Source of the DNA: a virus
Taxonomy: Duplodnaviria > Caudoviricetes
Strand: one strand, 5' to 3'
IMG/VR virus record: IMGVR_UViG_3300032295_001071
Span: 1-33,115 of that record
DNA length: 33,115 nucleotides
The position numbers and the translations under genes were made by a program. This document shows positions 15,694 to 24,885 of this stretch, one piece after another. The notes beneath the pieces were generated by a model. That model searched no databases, was not told the DNA's origin, and saw only the letters and a program-made list of their open reading frames with translations. Each line of letters opens with the position of its first letter. Positions within the stretch are counted from its first letter, which is position 1.

Positions 15694-16912
15694 GGTCTTG
15701 CAACTCCAAACCCCAGAATGGGCAGTTCCATTGCTGGAGCCAAGCCGATACAAAGGCGCATGGGGTGGCCGAGGCTCTGGCAAATCCCACATGTTTGCCG
15801 AACTAATGATTGAAGCCCACATCCTTGACCAGAAGCGCAGAAGCGTTTGTGTGCGTGAAATCCAGAAATCGCTGAACCAGTCCGTAAAGCGCCTGCTTGA
15901 AACCAAGATTGAGCAGATGAACGCTGGCGCATACTTTGAGGTGCAGGATGCCGTTATCAAATCCCGCAAGGGTGATGGAGCGATCATCTTTCAGGGTATG
16001 CAAAACCACACCGCCGACAGTATCAAGTCGCTGGAGGGCTACGACTGCGCTTGGGTGGAAGAAGCCCAAAGCCTAAGTCAGACCAGCCTTGATCTCCTGC
16101 GGCCAACCATCCGCAAACCCGACTCAGAACTCTGGTTTACTTGGAACCCAAGGCAGCAGTCAGATCCAGTTGACCACCTATTGCGTGGGCCAACTCCACC
16201 AAAAGACGCAACCGTTCTAAAAGTCAATTTCACAGATAACCCTTGGTTTCCTGACGTTCTCCGTGATGAAATGGAGTACGACAAGCGGCGAGACCCAGAC
16301 AAATATCAGCATGTCTGGATGGGCGGCTATCTCACCAACAGCAACACAAGGGTGTTCAAAAACTGGCGTATTGAGGAATTTGACGCACCACCAGACGCAA
16401 TCCACAGGCTTGGCGCTGATTGGGGCTTTGCTGTTGACCCGACAACGCTCGTTCGCTGCCACATCATTGGCCGCACCCTCTACATCGACTACGAGGCCTA
16501 CATGGTCGGCTGCGAGATCGTGAACACCCCAGAACTGTTCATGACCGTGCCAGAGTCAGAAAAGTGGCCAATCGTGGCCGACTCAGCAAGGCCAGAAACC
16601 ATCAGCCACATGAAGCGAAACGGCTTTCCCAAGATCATGACAGCCGTAAAAGGCCCAAAATCTGTAGAAGAGGGCATCGAGTTCCTGAAGAACTACGACA
16701 TCGTTGTTCACCCCAGATGCGTTCACACCATTGACGAATTAACGCTCTACAGCTACAAACAAGATCCCCTAACAGGTAAGATCTTGCCAGTGCTGGAGGA
16801 CAAGAAAAACCATGTAATTGATGCCCTGCGCTACGCCTGTGAAGGTGTCCGTCGGGCTAGTGCATCCAAACCCGCCATCTTCACCCCTTTGCCAAATGTG
16901 AAGAAGTGGTGA
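15686..16912 (+). CDS. Terminase large subunit, PBSX family
   Basis: Walker A GGRGSGKS, WVEEA Walker B, TWNP, GADWGF, NHVIDALRYA. Confidence 0.96.
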   Translation: MGKVLQLQTPEWAVPLLEPSRYKGAWGGRGSGKSHMFAELMIEAHILDQKRRSVCVREIQKSLNQSVKRLLETKIEQMNAGAYFEVQDAVIKSRKGDGAIIFQGMQNHTADSIKSLEGYDCAWVEEAQSLSQTSLDLLRPTIRKPDSELWFTWNPRQQSDPVDHLLRGPTPPKDATVLKVNFTDNPWFPDVLRDEMEYDKRRDPDKYQHVWMGGYLTNSNTRVFKNWRIEEFDAPPDAIHRLGADWGFAVDPTTLVRCHIIGRTLYIDYEAYMVGCEIVNTPELFMTVPESEKWPIVADSARPETISHMKRNGFPKIMTAVKGPKSVEEGIEFLKNYDIVVHPRCVHTIDELTLYSYKQDPLTGKILPVLEDKKNHVIDALRYACEGVRRASASKPAIFTPLPNVKKW

Positions 16913-16918
16913 GACAAT
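16889..16918 (+). promoter_or_regulatory. Promoter TTGCCA-N18-GACAAT upstream of portal
   Basis: TTGCCA 16889-16894; TGAGACAAT 16910-16918. Confidence 0.55.
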
Positions 16919-16940
16919 CGCACAAATTGAGGAAATTCCC

Positions 16941-19013
16941 ATGGCCCGAATAAGCAATGACCAACGCCTAGCCAACATTCACGCAGAAGCCTTGGCGCAG
17001 TTTGACGACGTACAAACAGCCCTCCGTGACGAGCGCTTGCAATGCCTCCAAGACCGGCGCTTCTACTCGCTGGCAGGCAGCCAGTGGGAAGGCCCACTCT
17101 GGGACTTGTACGAAAACAAGCCCAAGTTCGAGGTCAACAAGATCATGCTCTCGGTTATTCGCATCATCAACGAATATCGAAACAACCGCATCACAGTGGA
17201 CTATGTGTCCAAGGATGGCCAGGAAAACGACAAACTGGCCGAGGTCTGCGATGGTCTGTACCGTGCAGATGAGCAGGCATCCGTTGCGGATGAAGCCTAC
17301 GACAATGCTTTCGAGGAAGCAGTCGGCGGTGGCATTGGCGCATGGCGTTTGCGTACAGTCTACGAAGACGAAGAGAACGACGAGGACGACCGCCAGCGCA
17401 TCAGAATTGAGCCCATCTTTGATGCTGATAGTTCGGTGTTCTTTGACCTCGGGGCCAAGCGCCAAGACAAGTCTGACGCCAAGTATTGCTATGTCGTCAC
17501 CAGCATGACCCGTCAGGCCTACAAAGACACTTGGGGAGACGATCCAACCGACTGGCCAAAAATCATCCACCAGTACGAGTTTGACTGGTGTACCCCTGAT
17601 GTTGTTTATGTTGCCGAGTACTACAAGGTCGAGGAAAAGACCGAAACCATCCGCATTTTCCAGAACATCGCAGGCGAGGAAGAGCGTTACACCCAAGCCG
17701 ACTTTGCCAATGACGAGACTCTGGAAGAAACCCTCGCGGCCATCGGCACAGTCGAGGTGCGCCAGAAGCGTGTCAAGCGCAAGCGTGTCCACAAATACAT
17801 CATGTCAGGCGGCAGGGTTTTGGAAGATGCAGGCTACATCGCAGGCAAGTGCATCCCCATTGTGGTGGTGTACGGCAAGCGCTGGTTTGTCGACAACATT
17901 GAGCGCTGCATGGGCCATGTCCGCCTGGCCAAAGATGCCCAGCGCCTAAAGAATATGCAGCTTTCCAAGCTGGGCGAGATCAGCGCACTGTCGTCAGTGG
18001 AAAAGCCAATCCTGACACCCGAGCAAGTCGCAGGCCATCAGGTCATGTGGTCAGAGGACAATCTTAAAGATTACCCGTATTTGCTCATTAACCCGATCAC
18101 CGACCAGAATGGCAATCAGGCCGTTTCTGGGCCAGTCGCCTACACGAAAAGCCCACAGATCCCTCCGGCGATGGCAGCCCTTTTGCAAGTCACAGAAGCT
18201 GACATGCAAGACATTCTGGGCAACCCAGCCGGTGCTGACAAGATGGTCAGCGGTATATCAGGCAAGGCCGTGGAGATGATCCAGACCCGTGTCGATATGC
18301 AGGCCTTCATCTACATGAGCAACTTTGCCAAGGGCATGAAGCGTTGCGGAGAGATCTGGCTTTCCATGGCCAAAGAGGTCTACATCGAAGACAAGCGCAA
18401 GATGAAGACCATCGCCCCCACAGGCGAGGCTGGGATGGTCGAACTCATGCAGCCAAGCATTAACCAAGAGACCGGCGAAGTCGTCATGGAAAACGACCTT
18501 AGTTCCGCAACTTTTGATGTGGTGGCAGAGGTTGGCCCATCCAGCACCAGCAAGCGCGAGGCCACAGTTCGTGCCCTGACAGGCATGCTCCAGATCACAG
18601 CAGACCCAGAAACCCAGCAGGTTATCACCGCCATGGCCATGATGAACATGGAAGGCGAGGGTATCAAAGAAGCGAATACCTATTTCCGCAAGAAACTCCT
18701 GCGAATGGGCGTGGTCAAACCCACTGACGACGAGGCCCAAGAACTCATGGCAGAAATGCAAGGCCAGCCGCAAGACCCTAACGCAATGTACTTGCAGGCC
18801 GCAGCCGAGGAAGCCACAGCCAAAGCAGCCCAAGCCCGTGCCACCACCGTCAAAACCATTGCAGACGCAGAACTCAGCCGAGCCAAAACCGTCGAAACCC
18901 TCAGCAATGTGGACATGGATTCACAAGACCATGCGCTGAACTTGGCAGAGCAAATTGGTGGTTTTGTTGAACAACAAGCACAACCAGTTGTCAATCAACC
19001 CACAATTGAGTGA
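16941..19013 (+). CDS. Portal protein (P22 gp1-like)
   Basis: 690 aa after TerL; RF...GSQW, IPIVVVYG, GHVRLAKDAQRL, VGPSSTSKRE, and a C-terminal helical barrel. Confidence 0.93.
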   Translation: MARISNDQRLANIHAEALAQFDDVQTALRDERLQCLQDRRFYSLAGSQWEGPLWDLYENKPKFEVNKIMLSVIRIINEYRNNRITVDYVSKDGQENDKLAEVCDGLYRADEQASVADEAYDNAFEEAVGGGIGAWRLRTVYEDEENDEDDRQRIRIEPIFDADSSVFFDLGAKRQDKSDAKYCYVVTSMTRQAYKDTWGDDPTDWPKIIHQYEFDWCTPDVVYVAEYYKVEEKTETIRIFQNIAGEEERYTQADFANDETLEETLAAIGTVEVRQKRVKRKRVHKYIMSGGRVLEDAGYIAGKCIPIVVVYGKRWFVDNIERCMGHVRLAKDAQRLKNMQLSKLGEISALSSVEKPILTPEQVAGHQVMWSEDNLKDYPYLLINPITDQNGNQAVSGPVAYTKSPQIPPAMAALLQVTEADMQDILGNPAGADKMVSGISGKAVEMIQTRVDMQAFIYMSNFAKGMKRCGEIWLSMAKEVYIEDKRKMKTIAPTGEAGMVELMQPSINQETGEVVMENDLSSATFDVVAEVGPSSTSKREATVRALTGMLQITADPETQQVITAMAMMNMEGEGIKEANTYFRKKLLRMGVVKPTDDEAQELMAEMQGQPQDPNAMYLQAAAEEATAKAAQARATTVKTIADAELSRAKTVETLSNVDMDSQDHALNLAEQIGGFVEQQAQPVVNQPTIE

Positions 19014-19017
19014 CAAT
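18988..19017 (+). promoter_or_regulatory. Promoter TTGTCA-N18-GACAAT upstream of scaffold
   Basis: TTGTCA 18988-18993; GACAAT 19012-19017. Confidence 0.55.
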
Positions 19018-19026
19018 TGCACACAT

Positions 19027-19056
19027 ACGGTTTCCACCCAGCCGTTTCAATGGGTG
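19027..19056 (+). promoter_or_regulatory. Predicted H-type pseudoknot in scaffold 5' UTR
   Basis: S1 ACGGT(19027-31)/GCCGT(19041-45); S2 CACCCA(19035-40)/TGGGTG(19051-56). Confidence 0.5.
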
Positions 19057-19074
19057 AGTTTCACAGGGTCTAAG

Positions 19075-19950
19075 ATGAACACACAGGCAGAACAGGACGA
19101 CGACACCACGAACGACGACACCGCAGTTATCGAGGACGAGGTTAGCGAACAACCCGAGGAGCAATCCGAAGTTGAGCAAGCCGAAGCCCAAGATGACGAG
19201 GCAGAATCTGACGAGGTTGTGGTTTCCATTGGTGAGGAAGCGCCACCTCCCGAAGAGCCAGCACACGCACCTGAATGGGTACGAGAGCTAAGAAAGACGA
19301 ACCGAGAACTTCAGCGCCAAAACCGCGAACTACAAACAAAGCTGCAAACCACCGCACAGACTGAGACCAAGCCGGTCGTGCTGGGGCCAAAGCCCAAGTT
19401 GGAAGATCACGACTATGACGCAGACAAGTTTGAGGTAGCACTGGCAAATTGGTTTGAGCGCAAGCGACAAGCCGATGAAATCAACGCCAAGCAAGAAGCT
19501 GAAGTTATGAATCAGCAGAAAGCATGGCAAGCCAAACTGGATGGCTACGGCAAGGCGAAAGCCGAACTGAGAGTTAAAGACTTTGACGATGCGGAGGCCG
19601 TGGCCCAAGAATTGTTCAATGTCACCCAGCAAGGCGTGATGCTGCAAGGTGCGGATAATCCCGCGCTAGTCGTCTATGCACTCGGCAAAAACCCCAAGAA
19701 GGCGCAAGAGTTGGCCGCTATCAAAGACCCCGTAAAGTTTGCCTTTGCGGTAGCAAAACTGGAGAAAGACTTGAAAGTTACCAACCGTAAGGCAGCCCCG
19801 CCACCCGAGAGAATCGTGTCAGGAACTGGCCGAGTATCTGGGGCAGTGGACTCAACCCTCGAACGGCTGCGCGAAGAAGCTGCTCGTACTGGCAACATGA
19901 CCAAGGTCATCCAGTACAAGGCGCAAAAGCGTGCAGCATCTCCAAAATGA
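19075..19950 (+). CDS. Scaffolding protein
   Basis: Very acidic N-term, coiled coils and basic C-term; lies between portal and coat. Confidence 0.85.
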   Translation: MNTQAEQDDDTTNDDTAVIEDEVSEQPEEQSEVEQAEAQDDEAESDEVVVSIGEEAPPPEEPAHAPEWVRELRKTNRELQRQNRELQTKLQTTAQTETKPVVLGPKPKLEDHDYDADKFEVALANWFERKRQADEINAKQEAEVMNQQKAWQAKLDGYGKAKAELRVKDFDDAEAVAQELFNVTQQGVMLQGADNPALVVYALGKNPKKAQELAAIKDPVKFAFAVAKLEKDLKVTNRKAAPPPERIVSGTGRVSGAVDSTLERLREEAARTGNMTKVIQYKAQKRAASPK

Positions 19951-19967
19951 TTTTTTAAGGAAATACC

Positions 19968-21248
19968 ATGTCCAATAGTTTCTCGAAAGAAGAGCGCGTC
20001 GCGTTTGAAGACCTCCTCGAAGGCTTCCAAGATGCGCTGGTTTTGTCTCGTCATGTCAACATCTACAACACAGATCAGACAATGATGGAACGCGCCAACA
20101 ACACCATCTGGCGTCCCCAACCCTACATCGCTCAGTCGATCAGCAGCACTCCTGGCACGCCAATCTCTGGCTATCAGGGTATGACTCAGTTGGCAGTCCC
20201 TGCTACTCTGGGTTACAGCAAGACAGTGCCTTGGGAAATGACTTCCCTCGAACTGCGTGACGCTTTGCAAGAAGGCCGTTTGGGTGAGAGCGCTAAGCAA
20301 AAGCTGGCTTCTGACATCAACGTGGCCATCATGAGTTCGGCTGCAAACCTCGGCTCTTTGGTTGTGCCAATTGGTGCTGCTGCTGGTGACTATGATGACG
20401 TGGCCTTGTGCGATGCCATCATGAACGAGCAAGGCGTGCCCGACTATGACCGTTTCTTGGCTTTGTCTAGCCGCGATTACAACGGCTTGGCTGGCAACTT
20501 GGTCGGCACTGCTCGCAGCTTCGGCAATCAAAAGTCTGACAAGGCTTATGAGCGCAGCTATGTTGGCATGGTCGCAGGTTTCGACACCTACAAGATGGAC
20601 TATGCAAACCGTCAAGCGGCTGCTGCTGGTGGTGGCTCGATCACCATTGACACCAGCGGTTCTGGCACTCAAGCTAACTACGCTCCTCAAGCCACTTCCA
20701 CAGCAGTGGGTGGTCAGATCAACGTAGACAACCGCTTCCAGACTGTGACTGTTTCCTCGACCACCAACGTGGCCGCAGGCGATGCCTTCACAATCGGTGG
20801 CGTGTACGCTGTGCATCACATCACCAAGCAAAGCACTGGCCAACTCAAGACCTTCCGCGTCGTGAGCGTGACCAACAGCACCACCATGGTGATTACTCCC
20901 CCGATCATTGGCGCACAAAGCACCCCAACAGATGCTCAGTTGCAGTACAAGAACGTGGAAGTGTCTGCACCATCCAACACAGCCGCCATCACCTTCCTGA
21001 ACGTCAACGCAGCTTCTGTGAACGTGTTCTGGCAGCGTGATTCGTTGGAGATCTTGCCTGGCCGTTACGCAGTGCCTTCTGACGCTGGTGTCGCAGTGAT
21101 GCGTGCCACCACAGACCAGGGCATTGAGTTGGTCTTGCAGAAGTTCTATGACATCGACAGCATGACCATTAAGTACCGCATGGACACCCTGTTTGGTGTG
21201 GTCAACAAGAACCCTGAGATGTCCGGCATCTTGTTGTTTAACCAGTAA
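19968..21248 (+). CDS. Major capsid protein (P22 coat gp5-like)
   Basis: 426 aa; IWRPQPY, ELRDALQ, KLASDIN, GDAFTIGGV I-domain, YRMDTLFGV; strong codon bias; followed by a terminator. Confidence 0.93.
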   Translation: MSNSFSKEERVAFEDLLEGFQDALVLSRHVNIYNTDQTMMERANNTIWRPQPYIAQSISSTPGTPISGYQGMTQLAVPATLGYSKTVPWEMTSLELRDALQEGRLGESAKQKLASDINVAIMSSAANLGSLVVPIGAAAGDYDDVALCDAIMNEQGVPDYDRFLALSSRDYNGLAGNLVGTARSFGNQKSDKAYERSYVGMVAGFDTYKMDYANRQAAAAGGGSITIDTSGSGTQANYAPQATSTAVGGQINVDNRFQTVTVSSTTNVAAGDAFTIGGVYAVHHITKQSTGQLKTFRVVSVTNSTTMVITPPIIGAQSTPTDAQLQYKNVEVSAPSNTAAITFLNVNAASVNVFWQRDSLEILPGRYAVPSDAGVAVMRATTDQGIELVLQKFYDIDSMTIKYRMDTLFGVVNKNPEMSGILLFNQ

Positions 21249-21263
21249 TCTGGCCAAAAAACT

Positions 21264-21285
21264 GGGGGGCTTCGGCCCCCCTTTT
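21264..21285 (+). terminator. Rho-independent terminator
   Basis: GGGGGGC-TTCG-GCCCCCC-TTTT, with an upstream A tract. Confidence 0.9.
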
Positions 21286-21301
21286 GCAATAGGAGATCAC
21301 C

Positions 21302-21472
21302 ATGCCATTGACCAAAGGTTATTCGAGCAAATCCATCGGCAAGAACATCAAGATGGAAAAGAAATCAGGCAAGCCAATGAAGCAAGCCGTGGCCATCGCG
21401 CTCAACGTGGCTACCAAAGCAGCCAAGGCAGCAGGCAAGCCCAGCAAAGCACCTAAGAAGGCCATGAAATGA
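21302..21472 (+). CDS. Small Lys-rich protein (56 aa)
   Basis: MPLTKGYSSKSIGKNIKMEKKSGKPMKQAVAIAL...; RBS aggag; absent from the ORF track. Confidence 0.8.
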   Translation: MPLTKGYSSKSIGKNIKMEKKSGKPMKQAVAIALNVATKAAKAAGKPSKAPKKAMK

Positions 21473-21630
21473 AGCCCGGTCTCTACGCCAACGTCAACGC
21501 CAAGCGCCAGCGTATTGAAGCAGGCAGCAAAGAAAAGATGCGGAAACCCGGTGCAAAAGGCGCACCTACAGCCGCAGACTTCAAAGCAGCCGCCAAGACC
21601 GCAAAGCCCATAAAGAAAAAGGCCAAGTGA
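21469..21630 (+). CDS. Small Lys-rich protein (53 aa)
   Basis: MKPGLYANVNAKRQRIEAGSKEKMRKPGAKGAPTAADFK...; ATGA overlap; absent from the ORF track. Confidence 0.8.
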   Translation: MKPGLYANVNAKRQRIEAGSKEKMRKPGAKGAPTAADFKAAAKTAKPIKKKAK

Positions 21631-21935
21631 TGCAGGAAAGAATCCTTACACCCAAATATCTGAAAAACCGCAAACCCGTCAAGGTTCGCAAGCCATCGAA
21701 ACCCATTGATGGCATCAACCACCGCCTGCTGCGTGAGCAAGCAGAAGCAGCAGCCCAAGCCGAAGTTCAGGCCGAAGAAGTCGTGGACACAGTTTCAGAA
21801 GATGACGCAGCCCCTACTCGTGAAGAGTTGGAAGCTAAAGCCACAGAACTTGGCATCCGCTTTGATGGTCGCACAAAGGACAAAAAGCTGGGACAATTGA
21901 TCCAGGACAGACTGTCCGCGCCAACTGGAGAATGA
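21630..21935 (+). CDS. Hypothetical protein with C-terminal HeH/LEM-like motif
   Basis: PTREELEAKATELGIRFDGRTKDKKL. Confidence 0.7.
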   Translation: MQERILTPKYLKNRKPVKVRKPSKPIDGINHRLLREQAEAAAQAEVQAEEVVDTVSEDDAAPTREELEAKATELGIRFDGRTKDKKLGQLIQDRLSAPTGE

Positions 21936-21936
21936 C

Positions 21937-22419
21937 ATGGGATGGACTAAGCGCCAATTTATCGAGCAGGCCTTTGACGAAATCGGACTGGCCTCCTACG
22001 CATTTGATCTAGGGCCAGAGCAAATGCAATCAGCCCTTCGGCGCTTGGACACCATGATCTCTGCATGGAACGCCCTTGGCATCCGACTCGGCTACCCTCT
22101 ACCATCCAGCCCCCAAGACAGCGATCTTGACGAGCAGACCAATGTGCCAGATAGTTCAAATGAAGCTATCTACACAAACTTGGCTATCAAACTGGCCCCG
22201 AGCTACGGCAAGCAGGTCATGCCCGACACCAAGGCCACAGCCAAAGAGTCGTACAACACACTTCTATCGCGTGCAGCCATGCCAATAGAACAGCAATTGC
22301 CAAGCACCATGCCAGCAGGCGCAGGCAACAAGCCTTGGCGCGTATACGACAATCCTTTCATCCGTCCGCCAGTCGATCCAGTCTTGGCAGGTCAAGATGG
22401 CCCTATCGAATTCAACTGA
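21937..22419 (+). CDS. Head-tail adaptor, P22 gp4-like
   Basis: WTKRQFIEQAF..IG, ALRRLDTM...W, NLAIKLAPSYG, MPAGAGNK. Confidence 0.8.
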   Translation: MGWTKRQFIEQAFDEIGLASYAFDLGPEQMQSALRRLDTMISAWNALGIRLGYPLPSSPQDSDLDEQTNVPDSSNEAIYTNLAIKLAPSYGKQVMPDTKATAKESYNTLLSRAAMPIEQQLPSTMPAGAGNKPWRVYDNPFIRPPVDPVLAGQDGPIEFN

Positions 22420-22428
22420 GGAACCAAC

Positions 22429-22884
22429 ATGCCAACCATCAACCAGCTTTCGGGCATCAGCCAAGTTTCTGGCGGCGATCTTCTGCCGGTCTATGTCTCC
22501 AACAATGGAGATGCGCGCAAGGTCTCGATCACGCAACTGCTGCAATATTTCCAGCAAGTCTTTGCAGCCCCCACCGTGGCCACCAACCTGTACACCCCAG
22601 GTACTGGCTTTAACATCACCGTACCAACGCCAACCAGTGAACAGCAGTGGATGATTTTGCAGCCTGCTGGCACTTTGGCCGCAGGAACAGTCACTTTGCC
22701 ATTAAACACTGGTGTGCCAGATGGAACACAGGTTCTCGTTACCACCACCCAGATCATTACCAGCTTTACACTGGCAGTGAACGGTGCGGCCAATGCTTAC
22801 GGCGCACCAACCACCCTGGCCGCCAATGCCTTCTTCACAATGCGCTTTTATCAAGCCACCAACAGCTGGTATCGCGTCGCTTAA
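22429..22884 (+). CDS. Virion structural protein (beta-rich)
   Basis: Thr/Ala-rich 151 aa in the morphogenesis block; ends NSWYRVA. Confidence 0.75.
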   Translation: MPTINQLSGISQVSGGDLLPVYVSNNGDARKVSITQLLQYFQQVFAAPTVATNLYTPGTGFNITVPTPTSEQQWMILQPAGTLAAGTVTLPLNTGVPDGTQVLVTTTQIITSFTLAVNGAANAYGAPTTLAANAFFTMRFYQATNSWYRVA

Positions 22885-22900
22885 TTTTTAGGAGAACACC

Positions 22901-23194
22901 ATGTCCGTAGTTAATCAATTCAGCCAGCGCCTTGGATCAAACCAAGTCGTAACACCAGCAGCATCATCTGCAAGCATCACGATCAACCAACAGGATAAAG
23001 CAGTCCGATTGGTCAACAGTGGCGCAAACATCTGCTACGTTCGCATTGGCGGTGGTGCAGCAACTACAGCTGACATCCCAGTTCGTGCAAACAGCGAAAT
23101 CATCATTCGCAAATCAACTGAAGACACCGAGTTGGCCCACATCTCTGCATCTGGAACCACATTGAATGTGGCCACAGGAGAAGGCGGCATCTAA
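22901..23194 (+). CDS. Small virion structural protein
   Basis: 97 aa beta-rich; RBS aggag. Confidence 0.75.
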   Translation: MSVVNQFSQRLGSNQVVTPAASSASITINQQDKAVRLVNSGANICYVRIGGGAATTADIPVRANSEIIIRKSTEDTELAHISASGTTLNVATGEGGI

Positions 23195-23478
23195 TGGCCA
23201 CTAAGGACTCAAGACTTGCTCGTGTTGGTGTGGAAGGCTACAACAAGCCAAAACGCACTCCATCGCATCCAACCAAAAGCCATGTAGTTGTGGCCAAGGC
23301 TGGTGACCAAGTGAAAACCATTCGCTTCGGTCAGCAAGGCGTGTCTGGGTCTCCAAAGAAGGAAGGCGAGTCCAAGTCAGACAAGACCCGTCGAGAGTCA
23401 TTCAAGGCCAGACACGCTGAGAACATTGCCAAGGGCAAGATGAGCGCAGCGTACTGGGCCAACAAGGTCAAGTGGTAA
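23194..23478 (+). CDS. Small basic protein
   Basis: GYNKPKRTP.HPTKSH, IRFGQQG, SFKARH, SAAYWANKVKW. Confidence 0.8.
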   Translation: MATKDSRLARVGVEGYNKPKRTPSHPTKSHVVVAKAGDQVKTIRFGQQGVSGSPKKEGESKSDKTRRESFKARHAENIAKGKMSAAYWANKVKW

Positions 23479-23481
23479 GCC

Positions 23482-24885
23482 ATGCAAATCCCAATTCTCA
23501 ACGGAATCTACGCTGACAACACGCCAGAGCTACGCACCAGCTATCCGGTGAATATGGTTCCAGTGCCTAAACAGTCAGGCATCAGCAACGGATTTTTGCG
23601 TCCCGGTGATGGCATTGTGGCCAATGGAACAGGACCGAGCGTTGATCGTGGTGGCATCAACTGGAATGGCGTCTGTTACAGAGTTATGGGCACTAAGTTA
23701 GTGTCTGTTGCCAGCAATGGGTATGTGAGCGTTTTAGGTGATGTTGGTGGCCCGATCAACTCATTGGTGACGTTTGACTACAGCTTTGACCGCTTGGCTG
23801 TTGCCAGTGGTGGTCGGCTTTATTATTGGAATGGTGAGCTAAAGCAGGTGACAGACCCAGACTTAGGCGTGGTTCTTGACTTCTGCTGGGTTGATGGATA
23901 TTTCATGACTACAGATGGTCAATATCTAATCGTCACTGAACTTTCAGACCCTTTGCTAGTTAATCCCTTAAAGTATGGCAGCTCAGAAGTTGATCCAGAT
24001 CCAGTAATTGCACTGCTCAAGCTGCGCAACGAAGTCTATGCTCTGAACCGCAATACTATCGAGGTGTTTGATAACGTGGGTGGAGAGATTTTTCCATTCG
24101 CACGAATTGATGGCGCTCAAATTCAAAAAGGTGTGATTGGCACGCACGCATGTTGCATCTACATTGAACGCATTGCATTTTTGGGTGGTGGCCGCAATGA
24201 AGCGCCAGGCATCTACATTGGCGCATCTGCAACCACTCAAAAGATTAGCACACAGGAAATTGACAATCTTCTTTTGCAATACACAGAGGCGCAGCTGGCG
24301 CTAGTTCAACTCGAAGCCAGGAACGATAAAAACCATCAGCACCTTTATGTTCACTTGCCAGACAGAACAGTTGTTTATGATGCATCGGCATCTGAGGCAC
24401 TAGGCGAGCCTGTCTGGTTTACCCTAACAACGACTATAGTTGGATTTCAACAATATCGCGCTCGAAATCTGGTCTGGTGCTATGACAAATGGTTGGTTGG
24501 CGATCCTCAGTCAAATGCCATTGGCTATTTGGTTCAAAGTACAGGACACCATTGGGGCCAACAAGTGCGCTGGGAATTTGGCACGCTGATTGTCTACAAC
24601 GAGAGTAATGGTGCGATATTTAACGAGCTTGAACTGGTCAGTTTGACCGGCAGTGTGGCCATTAGCACAAATCCACAGATTAGCACCAGTTATTCGCTTG
24701 ATGGCAAATCATGGAGTCAAGATCGCAGCATCAGCGTGGGAACTACAGGAAACACCGCCAAGCGCCTGGCATGGTTCCAACAGGGTCACATGCGCAACTG
24801 GCGCATCCAGCGCTTCCGTGGTGACAGTAATGCACATGTGTCATTCATTCGTCTTGAAGCTCAGATTGAGGCATTGGCATACTGA
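23482..24885 (+). CDS. Tail hub / DNA stabilization protein, P22 gp10-like
   Basis: 467 aa; MQIPILNG, PVNMVPVPK, SEVDPD; size and position match P22 gp10. Confidence 0.85.
   Translation: MQIPILNGIYADNTPELRTSYPVNMVPVPKQSGISNGFLRPGDGIVANGTGPSVDRGGINWNGVCYRVMGTKLVSVASNGYVSVLGDVGGPINSLVTFDYSFDRLAVASGGRLYYWNGELKQVTDPDLGVVLDFCWVDGYFMTTDGQYLIVTELSDPLLVNPLKYGSSEVDPDPVIALLKLRNEVYALNRNTIEVFDNVGGEIFPFARIDGAQIQKGVIGTHACCIYIERIAFLGGGRNEAPGIYIGASATTQKISTQEIDNLLLQYTEAQLALVQLEARNDKNHQHLYVHLPDRTVVYDASASEALGEPVWFTLTTTIVGFQQYRARNLVWCYDKWLVGDPQSNAIGYLVQSTGHHWGQQVRWEFGTLIVYNESNGAIFNELELVSLTGSVAISTNPQISTSYSLDGKSWSQDRSISVGTTGNTAKRLAWFQQGHMRNWRIQRFRGDSNAHVSFIRLEAQIEALAY

Noticed and set aside
16968-18833. Long antisense ORFs (274 aa, 191 aa) inside portal
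   Set aside because: Shadow ORFs of the portal reading frame.
19674-21257. 527-aa antisense ORF over coat and scaffold
   Set aside because: Mirror frame of a strongly codon-biased gene; no protein-like features or RBS.
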